From positions 20,967-84,966 of the forward strand of contig JBLIOE010000010.1 in the NCBI GenBank assembly GCA_047639555.1: a DNA stretch of 64,000 nucleotides. Reading direction: 5' to 3'. This stretch comes from Candidatus Aldehydirespiratoraceae bacterium (GTDB lineage Bacteria > Actinomycetota > Acidimicrobiia > Acidimicrobiales > Aldehydirespiratoraceae). A program made the position numbers and the translations under genes. The notes under the pieces were generated by a model. It made no database searches. It had not been told where the DNA came from and saw nothing but the letters and a program-made list of their open reading frames with translations. This document shows positions 46,241 to 55,747 of the stretch, piece after piece (within the stretch, counting starts at the first letter, position 1; every line of letters starts with the position of its first letter).

Positions 46241-46963
46241 TCAGGCGACGGAGACGCCCAACAATGACCCGATGAAATAGGTGGCCCCACACGCACCGGC
46301 GGCCACCAGTACCTGCCGTGTCGCGGTGCGAATCTTGGAACGTTCAGTGAAGACGGCAATCGCAATACCCACAACGGCGGCGGCCAACAGTCCGAGGATC
46401 ACCGAAGCGACGACGGCACCGACTCCGTCGGTGACGAGCCACGGGGCGAGGGGAACAAACGCGCCCACCGCAAACGCCCAGAACGACGTGGCGGCGATGA
46501 GCAGCGGTCGTCCCGCACCGTCTGGGTCGACTCCCAGTTCTTCGCGGGCGTGGACATCGAGCGCAATCTCGGGGTCCGCCATGATCTCATCGGCTAGCGC
46601 CGCGGCGGTTTCGGGTCGAAGCCCGCGCTCGCGATAGATGGCGGCGAGCTCGCGCGTTTCGGCGGCCGGGTTCTCGGCCAGCGAGCGACGCTCGATCTCG
46701 AGCTCGCGCTCGACAAGTTCATTCTGGGCCCGGACAGACACCCATTCACCGGCAGCCATCGAGACCGCTCCCGCGAGTAATCCGGAGATACCCGCGAGGC
46801 GGACGAGTGAGCCGTCGGTGCTCGCGCCAGCGATACCAACGATGAGGGCGACATTCGAGACGAGGCCATCGCTTACGCCAAACACTGCCGCCCGCGCCTC
46901 CCCACCTTGGACATCACGGTGGCGATGCACCATGTGGATGTGGTCGTCTTCTTCGGTCGCCAT
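46241..46963 (-). CDS. VIT1/CCC1 family iron/manganese transporter
   Basis: VFGVSDGLVSNVALIVGIAGA, then a hydrophilic loop region and C-terminal TM helices. Start taken at ATG 46963. Confidence 0.85.
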   Translation of the reverse strand: MATEEDDHIHMVHRHRDVQGGEARAAVFGVSDGLVSNVALIVGIAGASTDGSLVRLAGISGLLAGAVSMAAGEWVSVRAQNELVERELEIERRSLAENPAAETRELAAIYRERGLRPETAAALADEIMADPEIALDVHAREELGVDPDGAGRPLLIAATSFWAFAVGAFVPLAPWLVTDGVGAVVASVILGLLAAAVVGIAIAVFTERSKIRTATRQVLVAAGACGATYFIGSLLGVSVA

Positions 46964-47015
46964 GAGTGCAGTGTTCCAAACCTGGCGGCGCGATGCCCCG
47001 TTGAAACCGATTCGA

Positions 47016-49337
47016 TTAGAAGACGGGGGTTGTCCCGATCTCTCCGGCGGCCTCGAGGGCATCGATTTCCTCGTCAGTCATCGCCATTTCACGCAGTACT
47101 TCACGATTGTGCTGTCCGAGCGTGGGCGTGGGGGTGCGGACCCAACGATCAATCCCGCGCATTCGATACGGCTGGCCCGGCATGAGCTGCGTGCCGACCG
47201 CGGGGTGGGCCACCTCTTCGAAGAACCCACGGGCCACGAACTGCGGATGGAGACGCAGCAGGCCGTGGTTCCGGCACTCGATCGCCGGAACACCGTCGCC
47301 GTTAAGCGTGGACACGACCGTCTCGAGCGGACTCTGGGCCGCCCACGCTGCGACGGCCGCGTCGATCGTGTCGTGCCCGACCACGCGTTCCTCGAATGAG
47401 GGATACGTCGCGGGGTCGAGTCCGATAAGCGGGGCGAGTGACTGCCACTCTTCGTCTCGCTCGACCGAGAGTGCGAACCATTCCTCGTCGCCCGCCGCTC
47501 GATAGATCCCTTGCGGGGCGGCGAAACGACTGCGATTTCCGAGGCGAGACAACTCCACACCGCTGTCGGTGTATTCGACGATCATCTCCGCCGAACAATT
47601 GATCGCGGCTTCGACCATCGGCGACTCCACAAAAACACCGACGCCGGTGGCATCGCGTTCCCGCAGCGCGAGCAACGCCGCAAAAGCGCCGTGCATCCCG
47701 GCAATCGGGTCACACGGACCACGCATGATCCGCGGCTGGTCATCAGGATGACCAGTCATCCAAGCCATCCCCGACATCTGCTCCATGGTTTGGGCGAAAC
47801 CAACTCGCTCACGCCAGGGTCCGTCGAGGCCAAACGCGGGCATCCGCATCATGACCGTTCGCGGGTTGCGGGCGTGGATGGCCTCCCATCCGAGATCGAA
47901 CTGATCCATCACCCGTGGGCTGAAGTTCTCGACCACCAGGTCACTCTGGTCCACCAGGCGAAGCAGGATCTCCCGCCCGGTTTCTGAGCCCAAGTTGAGG
48001 GTGATCCCTCGCTTGTCGTTGTTCGCCGCAACGAACATGTGGCCCCATTCCCACCAATCCTTCGTGCCGAACATCATCCCGGTCAGCCGCATGCCGTCGG
48101 GGTGGGTGACCGACTCGACATGGATGACATCGGCGCCGAGCGCGGCCAACGCCTGGGTGGCTGACGGACCCGCCCACCAGCTGGTGAGATCCAACACCCG
48201 AATTCCCTTGAGGGGCCGGGCGGCCGGGTCTGCCGACCCGATCGCTGGGTCTGCCGTTGCGAGATCGGTAGCGACACCGTGCTCGCCAATCGCCGGCACG
48301 GGACCGGGGCGCGGCGGTCGTTCGCCGTTGATGAGGCGGGGTGGGACGGGTGCCTGGAATCCGCCGGGATGATCGATGAAGAACTCCCGGGCGACCAGAT
48401 GCGGTTCGGTCAGCACACTGGGGCCGTCGTTGACCCGGGCCACCGGCACTCGAAGCTCACTGGCTCGGTCGACGATGTCCGCAACCATGTGTTGTGTGGT
48501 CCACTCCGCAACGATCGCGTTCCACTCATCGAGCTTGCCGGTCCTCGTGCGCAGGTCGCCCCATTCGGACTCCATAAGGTCGGGGCGATCCATCATGAGA
48601 CAAAAGTTCTGGAACTGTTGACGGGTGTTGGTATTGAACCCGACCCACCCATCCGCCGCCGGCTCAATCGACGGGGCCTCCACGCTGCGAAGCGGCGGCT
48701 CGTCTCGATTGGCCATCTGCATCGCGAGGTCCGAAAATGTCGACGCGGCAATCGATGCAGCCTCCGCAATCGCGACATCGACGATGTCGCCCTCGCCGCA
48801 TCGACTCGAACGGTCGATCGCGGCGAGCAACGGCGCGGCCGCGTAGCTTGCGGCGGTCCAGTCAAAGATCGATCCGCCGGCCACGAACGGCACATGGCTG
48901 ATGTGGCCTCGACAGAGCACCGACCCGCTGTCGGCTTGCATCAAGAACTCGTTGGGATTGCGGTCGGCCCAGGGCCCCTCGAGGCCGTAGGGGCGAATAG
49001 AGCACACGACGAGCGCAGGGTGCGCGGTCACCAGCGCTCGAACCTCGTCCGGCGATGTTGCCCCGTCGACGATGACCGCTGACGCGGCCGCAATCAGCGC
49101 CGACACCGACGCGTCGCCAAGCGTGCCGACAACTGACTGAGTGCCAGCGGCAAGAAACCGAAAGAGCGGGCCCGACTGTTCCGCCGAAATCGTCGCGGCA
49201 CTTCGACGACGCAATGGTGTTCCCTCGGGCGGCTCCACCCGAACTACTTCGGCGCCCGCGTCTACAAACAAGCGGCCGACATAGCCGCCGGCAATGCCGT
49301 GAGAGAGATCAATGAGGCGAACGTCGGCGAGGGTCAC
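47016..49337 (-). CDS. tandem-domain (fused) family III CoA-transferase
   Basis: There are two CaiB/BaiF-like N-terminal signatures in one 773-aa ORF: VRLIDLSHGIAGGYVGRLFVDAGAEVVRVE and IRVLDLTSWWAGPSATQALAALGADVIHVE. Confidence 0.85.
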   Translation of the reverse strand: MTLADVRLIDLSHGIAGGYVGRLFVDAGAEVVRVEPPEGTPLRRRSAATISAEQSGPLFRFLAAGTQSVVGTLGDASVSALIAAASAVIVDGATSPDEVRALVTAHPALVVCSIRPYGLEGPWADRNPNEFLMQADSGSVLCRGHISHVPFVAGGSIFDWTAASYAAAPLLAAIDRSSRCGEGDIVDVAIAEAASIAASTFSDLAMQMANRDEPPLRSVEAPSIEPAADGWVGFNTNTRQQFQNFCLMMDRPDLMESEWGDLRTRTGKLDEWNAIVAEWTTQHMVADIVDRASELRVPVARVNDGPSVLTEPHLVAREFFIDHPGGFQAPVPPRLINGERPPRPGPVPAIGEHGVATDLATADPAIGSADPAARPLKGIRVLDLTSWWAGPSATQALAALGADVIHVESVTHPDGMRLTGMMFGTKDWWEWGHMFVAANNDKRGITLNLGSETGREILLRLVDQSDLVVENFSPRVMDQFDLGWEAIHARNPRTVMMRMPAFGLDGPWRERVGFAQTMEQMSGMAWMTGHPDDQPRIMRGPCDPIAGMHGAFAALLALRERDATGVGVFVESPMVEAAINCSAEMIVEYTDSGVELSRLGNRSRFAAPQGIYRAAGDEEWFALSVERDEEWQSLAPLIGLDPATYPSFEERVVGHDTIDAAVAAWAAQSPLETVVSTLNGDGVPAIECRNHGLLRLHPQFVARGFFEEVAHPAVGTQLMPGQPYRMRGIDRWVRTPTPTLGQHNREVLREMAMTDEEIDALEAAGEIGTTPVF

Positions 49338-49424
49338 CCGCCGAGTTCAGCAGGCGCTTCGCGACGGTGCCAACCGAACAAAACTCGGGGACAGTCGGAG
49401 CCGGTGGCTGCTAGACCAAAGCGA

Positions 49425-50240
49425 GTGACAATACGGCTGATCGCGACCGACCTCGATGGCACGCTCTTCGGCCCCGACCATCGCCCGGCCCCTCGAACCG
49501 TCGCCGCCATCAACGCGGCCTACGACGCCGGAATCCACGTCACGGCCGCGACGGGACGCAGCTATTTCCGCGGGGCCGCGCTCGCCCCGTCGACCGGAGC
49601 GAAGCTGCACCACTTCATCGGTTCGAACGGCGGTCACCGGCTCGACTACTCGAACGGCGAGCTCGACGAACGCCTCACGTTTCCGGAGGACCAGCTCCGC
49701 GAGATGACCTCGGTTGTGCGGCGCGAACTCGGCAACATTGGCTTCGGTTTTGAGATGAGCGACGACATGGCCTGGGACGAGCGCTTCACCGAACTCTCGC
49801 CCTTCAATCTCGATGGCGAACATCGCAGTGTCCGCCGACCTCCCGACTCGCTCGTAGGAGTGGGAAAGGTCCTTCTCGCTCACCCCGATGTCCACGAGGT
49901 TGAGCTCGTCAACCTCGTGGCGTCGATCATGCCGAGCGGTGTCAACGTGACCACATCGGGCGCCCACTTCGTGGAGCTCACGCCGCCCGGCGCCGACAAG
50001 GGCGCGGCGGTGGCTCGGCTCGCCGAGAAGCTCGGTATCGATGCCTCCGAGACGCTCGCGTTCGGTGACAATCAGAACGATCTCACGATGCTCTCCTGGG
50101 CGGGCCGTGGCGTCGCTATGGGCAACGCCCATCCGCTCGCCCAAGCGGCCGCCAACGAACACACCGTCTCGAACGAAGACTTCGGCGTCGCCGTAGTGAT
50201 CGAGGAACTCCTCAGTGGTGGCTCGGCAAGTACGGGCTAG
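49425..50240 (+). CDS. Cof-type HAD-IIB phosphatase
   Basis: ATDLDGTL motif I and FGDNQNDLTM motif IV. The start is GTG 49425 or GTG 49404. Confidence 0.85.
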   Translation: MTIRLIATDLDGTLFGPDHRPAPRTVAAINAAYDAGIHVTAATGRSYFRGAALAPSTGAKLHHFIGSNGGHRLDYSNGELDERLTFPEDQLREMTSVVRRELGNIGFGFEMSDDMAWDERFTELSPFNLDGEHRSVRRPPDSLVGVGKVLLAHPDVHEVELVNLVASIMPSGVNVTTSGAHFVELTPPGADKGAAVARLAEKLGIDASETLAFGDNQNDLTMLSWAGRGVAMGNAHPLAQAAANEHTVSNEDFGVAVVIEELLSGGSASTG

Positions 50241-51646
50241 GCAAGCAGCCCATCGAGATATATCTCGAGGTTCGTATAGGCCGAGTCGAGATCGAACCCG
50301 GCGTGGTCAGCGTGGTTCTTGGTATCGAGGCCGACTTTCCATTCCCAGGAGTCGGCCATCCCGTCGCGATCAGCATCAAACGGAATGTCATAGACGGGGA
50401 TCGCGGGCCAGCCACCGACGTCGTCTACCGAATCGATCACCGTATTCACTCGGAACACCAGCTGAAGAAGCACGCGGAGGTCGGTCCAGTCGCGATGATG
50501 CGACGCGCCAACTTCGGCGAAGAGTTGGGCGAGGGTGTCGGAGGAATCCAAGACCGCTATCGACGGACGGTCGAAGTTGAACGGTGCGGCGGCGAACGTG
50601 ACCGGCCCCACAAAGTCGTCATCCTCGAGCGGCAGAAGCGTGGTGCTGTTGTTCCGGTCAACATCGAGCACGTTGCCGCTGCGAGCAATATTCAACTGCT
50701 CCGCCGTGCTCTCCCAATTGATCCATGGGCACAGACAGAGCTGGCTCGACGGCCCGGCGATGTAGATGTTCCCGTGCAGATTTACGCGGAGGTCGAAGGG
50801 GTTGCTGAGCACATGATTCGGGAACAGCAGCCAGTCGTACATCACGTTGTTGACGAGATCGATATCGAGTCCGGCGCCGGGCTCGCCGGGCGCGGGCGGA
50901 TCCTGCTGGCCGCCGATCGCCGGCATACGCCGCTGGTGATGGGCCCAATAGTTACCAACGAACGAGTAGCCGTTCTCGCCGGTGCCGCGAACGAGCGAAC
51001 CGAAGCCGTGTGTCCCTTCCGTATGGAAGGAGTCGTTGAGGCTCTCGGAGATGATCGAATGGGAGACGGTGACGTTGGCGGACTTCGTTACCGAGAGCGT
51101 CTCGTCCATGCTCCACGACGCCGACACATGGTCGACGATCACGTTGGACGACCCGATGATGGTGAGCGCATCCGTCGCGTCACCAACGAGGTCGGCGTTG
51201 CCGCGACCAGGTTTGCCAGGCACCGCCGCAGCATTCCGGTCTCCCGGCCGGAATCGCATGTAGCGAATCACGATGTGCTCGCTGTTCACCACCTCGAACG
51301 GATAACCAGCGATCGTGACACCGCCGGGCGACGACTGCCCGGCAATTGTGAGATGGCTGCCAACGAAGCGCAGAGGCGACGCCAGGTCGATATACCCGGC
51401 GACTTCAAAGACGATTGTTCGCGGGGCGGTGGCGGTGCCGAGACCCTCTCGCAGACTTCCGGGGCCGGCGTCGGCCAGCGTGGTCACGACATAAACATCG
51501 CCGCCACGACCACCGAGGGCATCCGCGCCAAACCCCTCAGCGCCGGGGAATGCCCGGTCGCTGCTGGCCTCGACCTCGCCGGAGGCGGGCGCAAACATCG
51601 ATGCCGCGAGCACGCAGGTCAACATCCCAGTGATCCATCGCCGCAC
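50237..51646 (-). CDS. secreted pectate-lyase-like right-handed beta-helix protein
   Basis: FPGAEGFGA..GGRGGDVYVVTTLADAGPGSLREG N-terminal signature. The C-terminal DADRDGMADSWE...YTNLEIYLDG motif is also present. GTG 51646 is preceded by GGGAGG. Signal peptide MLTCVLAASMFAPASG. Confidence 0.75.
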   Translation of the reverse strand: MRRWITGMLTCVLAASMFAPASGEVEASSDRAFPGAEGFGADALGGRGGDVYVVTTLADAGPGSLREGLGTATAPRTIVFEVAGYIDLASPLRFVGSHLTIAGQSSPGGVTIAGYPFEVVNSEHIVIRYMRFRPGDRNAAAVPGKPGRGNADLVGDATDALTIIGSSNVIVDHVSASWSMDETLSVTKSANVTVSHSIISESLNDSFHTEGTHGFGSLVRGTGENGYSFVGNYWAHHQRRMPAIGGQQDPPAPGEPGAGLDIDLVNNVMYDWLLFPNHVLSNPFDLRVNLHGNIYIAGPSSQLCLCPWINWESTAEQLNIARSGNVLDVDRNNSTTLLPLEDDDFVGPVTFAAAPFNFDRPSIAVLDSSDTLAQLFAEVGASHHRDWTDLRVLLQLVFRVNTVIDSVDDVGGWPAIPVYDIPFDADRDGMADSWEWKVGLDTKNHADHAGFDLDSAYTNLEIYLDGLLA

Positions 51647-51722
51647 GCGCTCACCTCCCGATTCTGATTGTGCCGAGACCCCATCGACCGTACCGAACAC
51701 CGTCCCGTGGCACGATTCGTCG

Positions 51723-52640
51723 GTGACAGTCGGCCGATACGCACCGAGTCCTACCGGGACGTTCCACATCGGCAACCTGCGGACGGCGGTGCTGGCGTGG
51801 CTCTGCGCTCGACAGAGCGGGAGTGCGTTCCTTCTTCGCTGGGACGACCTCGATGTGACTGCCGCGGCGGAGCACGAGGCGTCCCAACGACGTGATCTCG
51901 CGGTGCTCGGTATCGACTTCGACGGCGACGAAATGCGTCAGACCGACCGCCTTGACGCCTACCACTCTGTCATCGAGGACCTCCGTGCCGCGGGCCGCAC
52001 GTATCGCTGCTGGTGCTCGCGGCGCGAGATCCGCGAAGCGGCCGCGGCACCACACGGAACGGTCGGCATCTACCCTGGCACCTGCCGCCAGCTCTCGGCC
52101 GCCGAAACCCGAGAGAGGGAGGCGCGGGACCGACCGCCGGCGCTGCGGCTGCGCACCGAGGTCGATGCCCGTCCATTCGTCGATACCCAGGTCGGAGATG
52201 TTGTCGGCCCGGTCGACGACTTCGTTCTCCACCGGGGCGACGGCACTCCGGCCTACAACCTCGCCGTTGTCGTCGACGACATTGCCCAAGGCGTGGAAGA
52301 AGTTGTGCGGGCCAGCGACCTGCTCGACTCCACCGGCCGACAAGCCCACCTCTACGACCTTCTCGGAGCGAGCGAACCGGTCTGGACCCATGTTCCGTTA
52401 TGTGTTGACGAGGCCGGCGACCGTTTGGCCAAGCGCGACGGGTCACTGGGGCGCGAGGCGTGGCAGGCGGCCGGCGGCACCGTGGCCGCGCTGCTCGGCT
52501 CGATGGCCGTCACCTTCGGAATGTCCGCAGGCGAATATCCCAACGCCGCCTCGCTGCTCGACGGCTTCGATCGAAACGGCCTGCCACGGGACCCAGCAAT
52601 GCTGAGTTCCTCGGGCGCCAGGTTGTCGCTGCGACACTGA
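51723..52640 (+). CDS. gluQ: tRNA glutamyl-Q(34) synthetase
   Basis: GRYAPSPTGTFHIGNL (HIGH region) in a truncated GluRS-like catalytic domain of about 305 aa with no anticodon-binding domain. Confidence 0.85.
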   Translation: MTVGRYAPSPTGTFHIGNLRTAVLAWLCARQSGSAFLLRWDDLDVTAAAEHEASQRRDLAVLGIDFDGDEMRQTDRLDAYHSVIEDLRAAGRTYRCWCSRREIREAAAAPHGTVGIYPGTCRQLSAAETREREARDRPPALRLRTEVDARPFVDTQVGDVVGPVDDFVLHRGDGTPAYNLAVVVDDIAQGVEEVVRASDLLDSTGRQAHLYDLLGASEPVWTHVPLCVDEAGDRLAKRDGSLGREAWQAAGGTVAALLGSMAVTFGMSAGEYPNAASLLDGFDRNGLPRDPAMLSSSGARLSLRH

Positions 52641-52657
52641 CGGGCGAGGCTCCCCCG

Positions 52658-53839
52658 ATGCCGACTCAACTCCTCACACCGCGATTTTTCGCGCTGTGTG
52701 GAGCAGCGGCGTTCTACTTCTTGGGTCTCAACATGACCCTGCCGGTGCTTCCGCTCTTCGTTGAAGAGGAGTTGGGCGGCCGCAATCTTGAGGTCGGCAT
52801 CGCGGTGAGTTCGTTTGGCCTCGCCGCCGCGGCGATCCGTCCCTTCATTGCGCCGCTCGGCGACCGTCTGGGCCGACGCACTCTGGTCATCTCGGGCGCG
52901 CTACTCGCGGGCGCAATGACGGCACTCACCGCCCTGGCAACATCGATCCCTCACGTCATCGCTATCCGAGCAGTCACTGGCATCGGTGAAGCGGCCGTCT
53001 TCGTGGGTATCGCCAGTTCCATCCAGGATCTATCACCCGACGATCGCCGGGCCGAGGCCGCTTCCTATTTCTCGCTGACGATCTACGGATCGTTGCTCGT
53101 CGGCCCGCTCCTCGGAGGATGGCTACGAGATGAATACGGCACCGACGCAGTGTGGCTGGTGGCCGGATGTCTCGCCGGCGTCGCCGCGATCATCGGCTCG
53201 ACCGCCCCAGGCGCACCCGACAGTCACCCACCGTTCCCAACGTTGCGGCGACTCATTCATCCCGCCGCAATCCGCCCCGGTTTCATGCTGTTCGGCGGCC
53301 TCTTGGGGTACACCGGTTTCCTCGCCTTCGCCGTGATCCACGGCGAGCGCATCGGCATGGAGCACCCCGAGCGACTGTTCGTGGTCTTCGGGGCGGTGGT
53401 GGTCGTTCTCCGCTTCGGAGCGGCTCGACTTCCCGACCGGCTCGGGCCCCTCATGACGACGCGGATCTCACTCTCGTTCGGCATCACTGGCCTCGTCACG
53501 TTGTTCCTCTGGCAGGAAACAACGGGCGCCTACGTTGCCGCGGCAATCCTGGCCGTCGCCCAGACGTTCCTCTTTCCGGCACTGTTCGCCCTCGTCGTCG
53601 ACCGCGCACCAGAGGAGGAGCGGAGCCAGGCCATTGGCAGCTTCTCCCTCTTCTTCGACCTCGCGTTTGGCATCGGCGGGCCAATGATCGGCGCGATCGG
53701 CGATATCGCCAGCTTGGGCGTCGGCTTCTTGGTCGCGGCCGGTGTCGCCGCTACCGCCCTGATCTTCGCTCGGCAGCTCCTCGGCGACGCGATCATCACC
53801 ACCACGATGGACGACATCGGCCCTCGTAGTCGCCGCTAG
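52658..53839 (+). CDS. MFS transporter
   Basis: 12-TM pattern and a GDRLGRR loop motif. Start taken at ATG 52658. Confidence 0.85.
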   Translation: MPTQLLTPRFFALCGAAAFYFLGLNMTLPVLPLFVEEELGGRNLEVGIAVSSFGLAAAAIRPFIAPLGDRLGRRTLVISGALLAGAMTALTALATSIPHVIAIRAVTGIGEAAVFVGIASSIQDLSPDDRRAEAASYFSLTIYGSLLVGPLLGGWLRDEYGTDAVWLVAGCLAGVAAIIGSTAPGAPDSHPPFPTLRRLIHPAAIRPGFMLFGGLLGYTGFLAFAVIHGERIGMEHPERLFVVFGAVVVVLRFGAARLPDRLGPLMTTRISLSFGITGLVTLFLWQETTGAYVAAAILAVAQTFLFPALFALVVDRAPEEERSQAIGSFSLFFDLAFGIGGPMIGAIGDIASLGVGFLVAAGVAATALIFARQLLGDAIITTTMDDIGPRSRR

Positions 53840-53849
53840 CGTTTGGGTT

Positions 53850-54737
53850 ATGACCGACACGCCGAGCTGGTTCACGAACGCGCTCGCGGCCGCGCCTACC
53901 GCTCGCCAAGTGGAAGTCGACGGCGCGTCGATCAACTATCTGTCGTGGGGAGCCGCCAACCGCCCCGGCATCGTCTTTGTCCACGGCGGGGCCGCACACG
54001 CACACTGGTGGAGCCATGTCGCGCCCGCTTTTCTGGCCGATCACTCGATCGCGGCAATCGATCTTTCTGGACACGGCGACAGCGACCGGCGGCCGGAGTA
54101 CTCCCTCGACACCTGGTGTGACGAGGTTGCCGCCGTCATCGCTGATGCCCAGTTCAACGGACCACCGATTCTCGTTGGCCACTCGATGGGCGGATTCGTC
54201 ACGATGGCCACCGCGGCACGACATCCTGAGCTGCTCGCCGGTGCAGTGATCATCGACTCACCAGTGGTCGAGGTCGACCCTGAGGTGTCGGTCGGCCGGG
54301 CCACTGACTTGTTCCAGAAGGACCGGGCCTACGACGACCCCTCCGGCCCGATCGAGCGTTTCCGCACGATCCCGGAACAAAAGTTCTACTTGCCCTATGT
54401 GAAGGAGCACGTCGCGACCCATTCGCTCCGCCGTGACGACGATGGCATGTGGCGCTGGAAGTTCGACTCACGCATCTTTGTGCCCCGCCGGCGCGACGCC
54501 GCCGAGTATCTCTCGCAAATCACTTGCCGGGTCGCTTTGCTGCGCTGCGAGCACGGTCTCGTCACGCCGGACATCGGCGACTACATGTACAACCAGCTCG
54601 GCCGCGTCGCGCCGGTGATCGAGCTCCCAACGGCCGGGCACCATCCGATGCTCGATGTGCCGCTGATCCTCATCACTGCACTCCGCAGCCTCCTCGCCGA
54701 CTGGGACCACAGCCGCCCCCTCCACCGCCCCACCTGA
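53850..54737 (+). CDS. alpha/beta hydrolase
   Basis: VHGGAAH and GHSMGG nucleophile elbow. Confidence 0.85.
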   Translation: MTDTPSWFTNALAAAPTARQVEVDGASINYLSWGAANRPGIVFVHGGAAHAHWWSHVAPAFLADHSIAAIDLSGHGDSDRRPEYSLDTWCDEVAAVIADAQFNGPPILVGHSMGGFVTMATAARHPELLAGAVIIDSPVVEVDPEVSVGRATDLFQKDRAYDDPSGPIERFRTIPEQKFYLPYVKEHVATHSLRRDDDGMWRWKFDSRIFVPRRRDAAEYLSQITCRVALLRCEHGLVTPDIGDYMYNQLGRVAPVIELPTAGHHPMLDVPLILITALRSLLADWDHSRPLHRPT

Positions 54738-54738
54738 C

Positions 54739-54787
54739 GTTCTGTGAACGGAAACCGGCGCTCTGCGCCGGTTTCCGTTCACAGAAC
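54739..54787. terminator. perfect 23-bp-stem hairpin between convergent genes (REP-like family member)
   Basis: GTTCTGTGAACGGAAACCGGCGC-tct-GCGCCGGTTTCCGTTCACAGAAC starts 2 nt after the hydrolase stop. Confidence 0.8.
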
Positions 54788-54795
54788 CTTGGGAA

Positions 54796-55656
54796 TTAGC
54801 TGTGGGCGGCGATGAGCTCGGACCAGGGGGCCATCTTTTCGGCGGGGTTGCCGAGGAACATGAAGGCCGGGATGATCATGCGATCCATACCCCAGCTCGC
54901 GGCTTCTTCGACGGCCGCAGCCGGGTCGGCGCCGAAGATGCCGTCGTGCGAACTGGTCATTTCGATGGCCGCTGGATCACGGCCCGCGTCAGCCGCGGTT
55001 TGACGGGCCACCTCGAAGAGCTCCTTCACGTCACCCTTCGCGGGAAAGAAGCCGTCGCCCATACGACCGGCACGTTCGGCCGCACCCTTGCTGTGACCGC
55101 CAATGTGGATCGGAACCGAACCGTTGGTCGGCTTGGGGTTCGATGAGATGTGGTCGAAGTTGATGAACTCTCCGTGGTGGGACACGTCGTCGGATGCCCA
55201 GAGCGCCCGCATGACGTCGGCGTACTCCTCAGTACGGCGGGTGCGCCCTTCCCAAGGGACGTCGAGCGCTGCGAACTCTTCCTTGAGCCAGCCAATACCG
55301 ACGCCCAGGATCAGGCGGCCACCGGACATGTTGTCGAGAGTGGCGACCTCTTTGGCGTAGGTGACAGGGTGACGCTCAGGCAGGAGCGAGATGCCGGTCG
55401 CGAGGTTGAGCGTGGTTGTGCTGGCGGCGACGTAGGCGAGCCAGATCAGAGGGTCCGGGATCGGCGAGTCGCCAGTACCCGGCATCTTTCCGTCGGGCGA
55501 GTACGGGTAGGTCGATTCGTAGCCCTCGGGGTAGAGGATGTGTTCGACCGTCCACAACGACTCGAATCCGGCAGCTTCAGCTGCTTGGCCGAGTTCGGCC
55601 GCGCCGGCGCCCGTGCCGAAATTCATAATGTTGGCGAATCCGATTCCGAACTTCAT
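54796..55656 (-). CDS. luciferase-like monooxygenase family (F420-dependent type) oxidoreductase
   Basis: MKFGIGF... N-terminus, LLM-type TIM-barrel pattern, AGGAG RBS. Confidence 0.85.
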   Translation of the reverse strand: MKFGIGFANIMNFGTGAGAAELGQAAEAAGFESLWTVEHILYPEGYESTYPYSPDGKMPGTGDSPIPDPLIWLAYVAASTTTLNLATGISLLPERHPVTYAKEVATLDNMSGGRLILGVGIGWLKEEFAALDVPWEGRTRRTEEYADVMRALWASDDVSHHGEFINFDHISSNPKPTNGSVPIHIGGHSKGAAERAGRMGDGFFPAKGDVKELFEVARQTAADAGRDPAAIEMTSSHDGIFGADPAAAVEEAASWGMDRMIIPAFMFLGNPAEKMAPWSELIAAHS

Positions 55657-55747
55657 TTTGTGACTCCTGTCGACCGAACCGACATCCTGCCCTACTCAAG
55701 TGGTCCGCGGAGACCACGCCCCTCGAGGACCGATATTGGGCGTCGCC

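Noticed and set aside
46964-47015. Possible metal (yybP-ykoY-type) riboswitch upstream of the VIT1/CCC1 transporter
   Set aside because: The spacer is only 52 nt, too short for that riboswitch, and no conserved core was seen.
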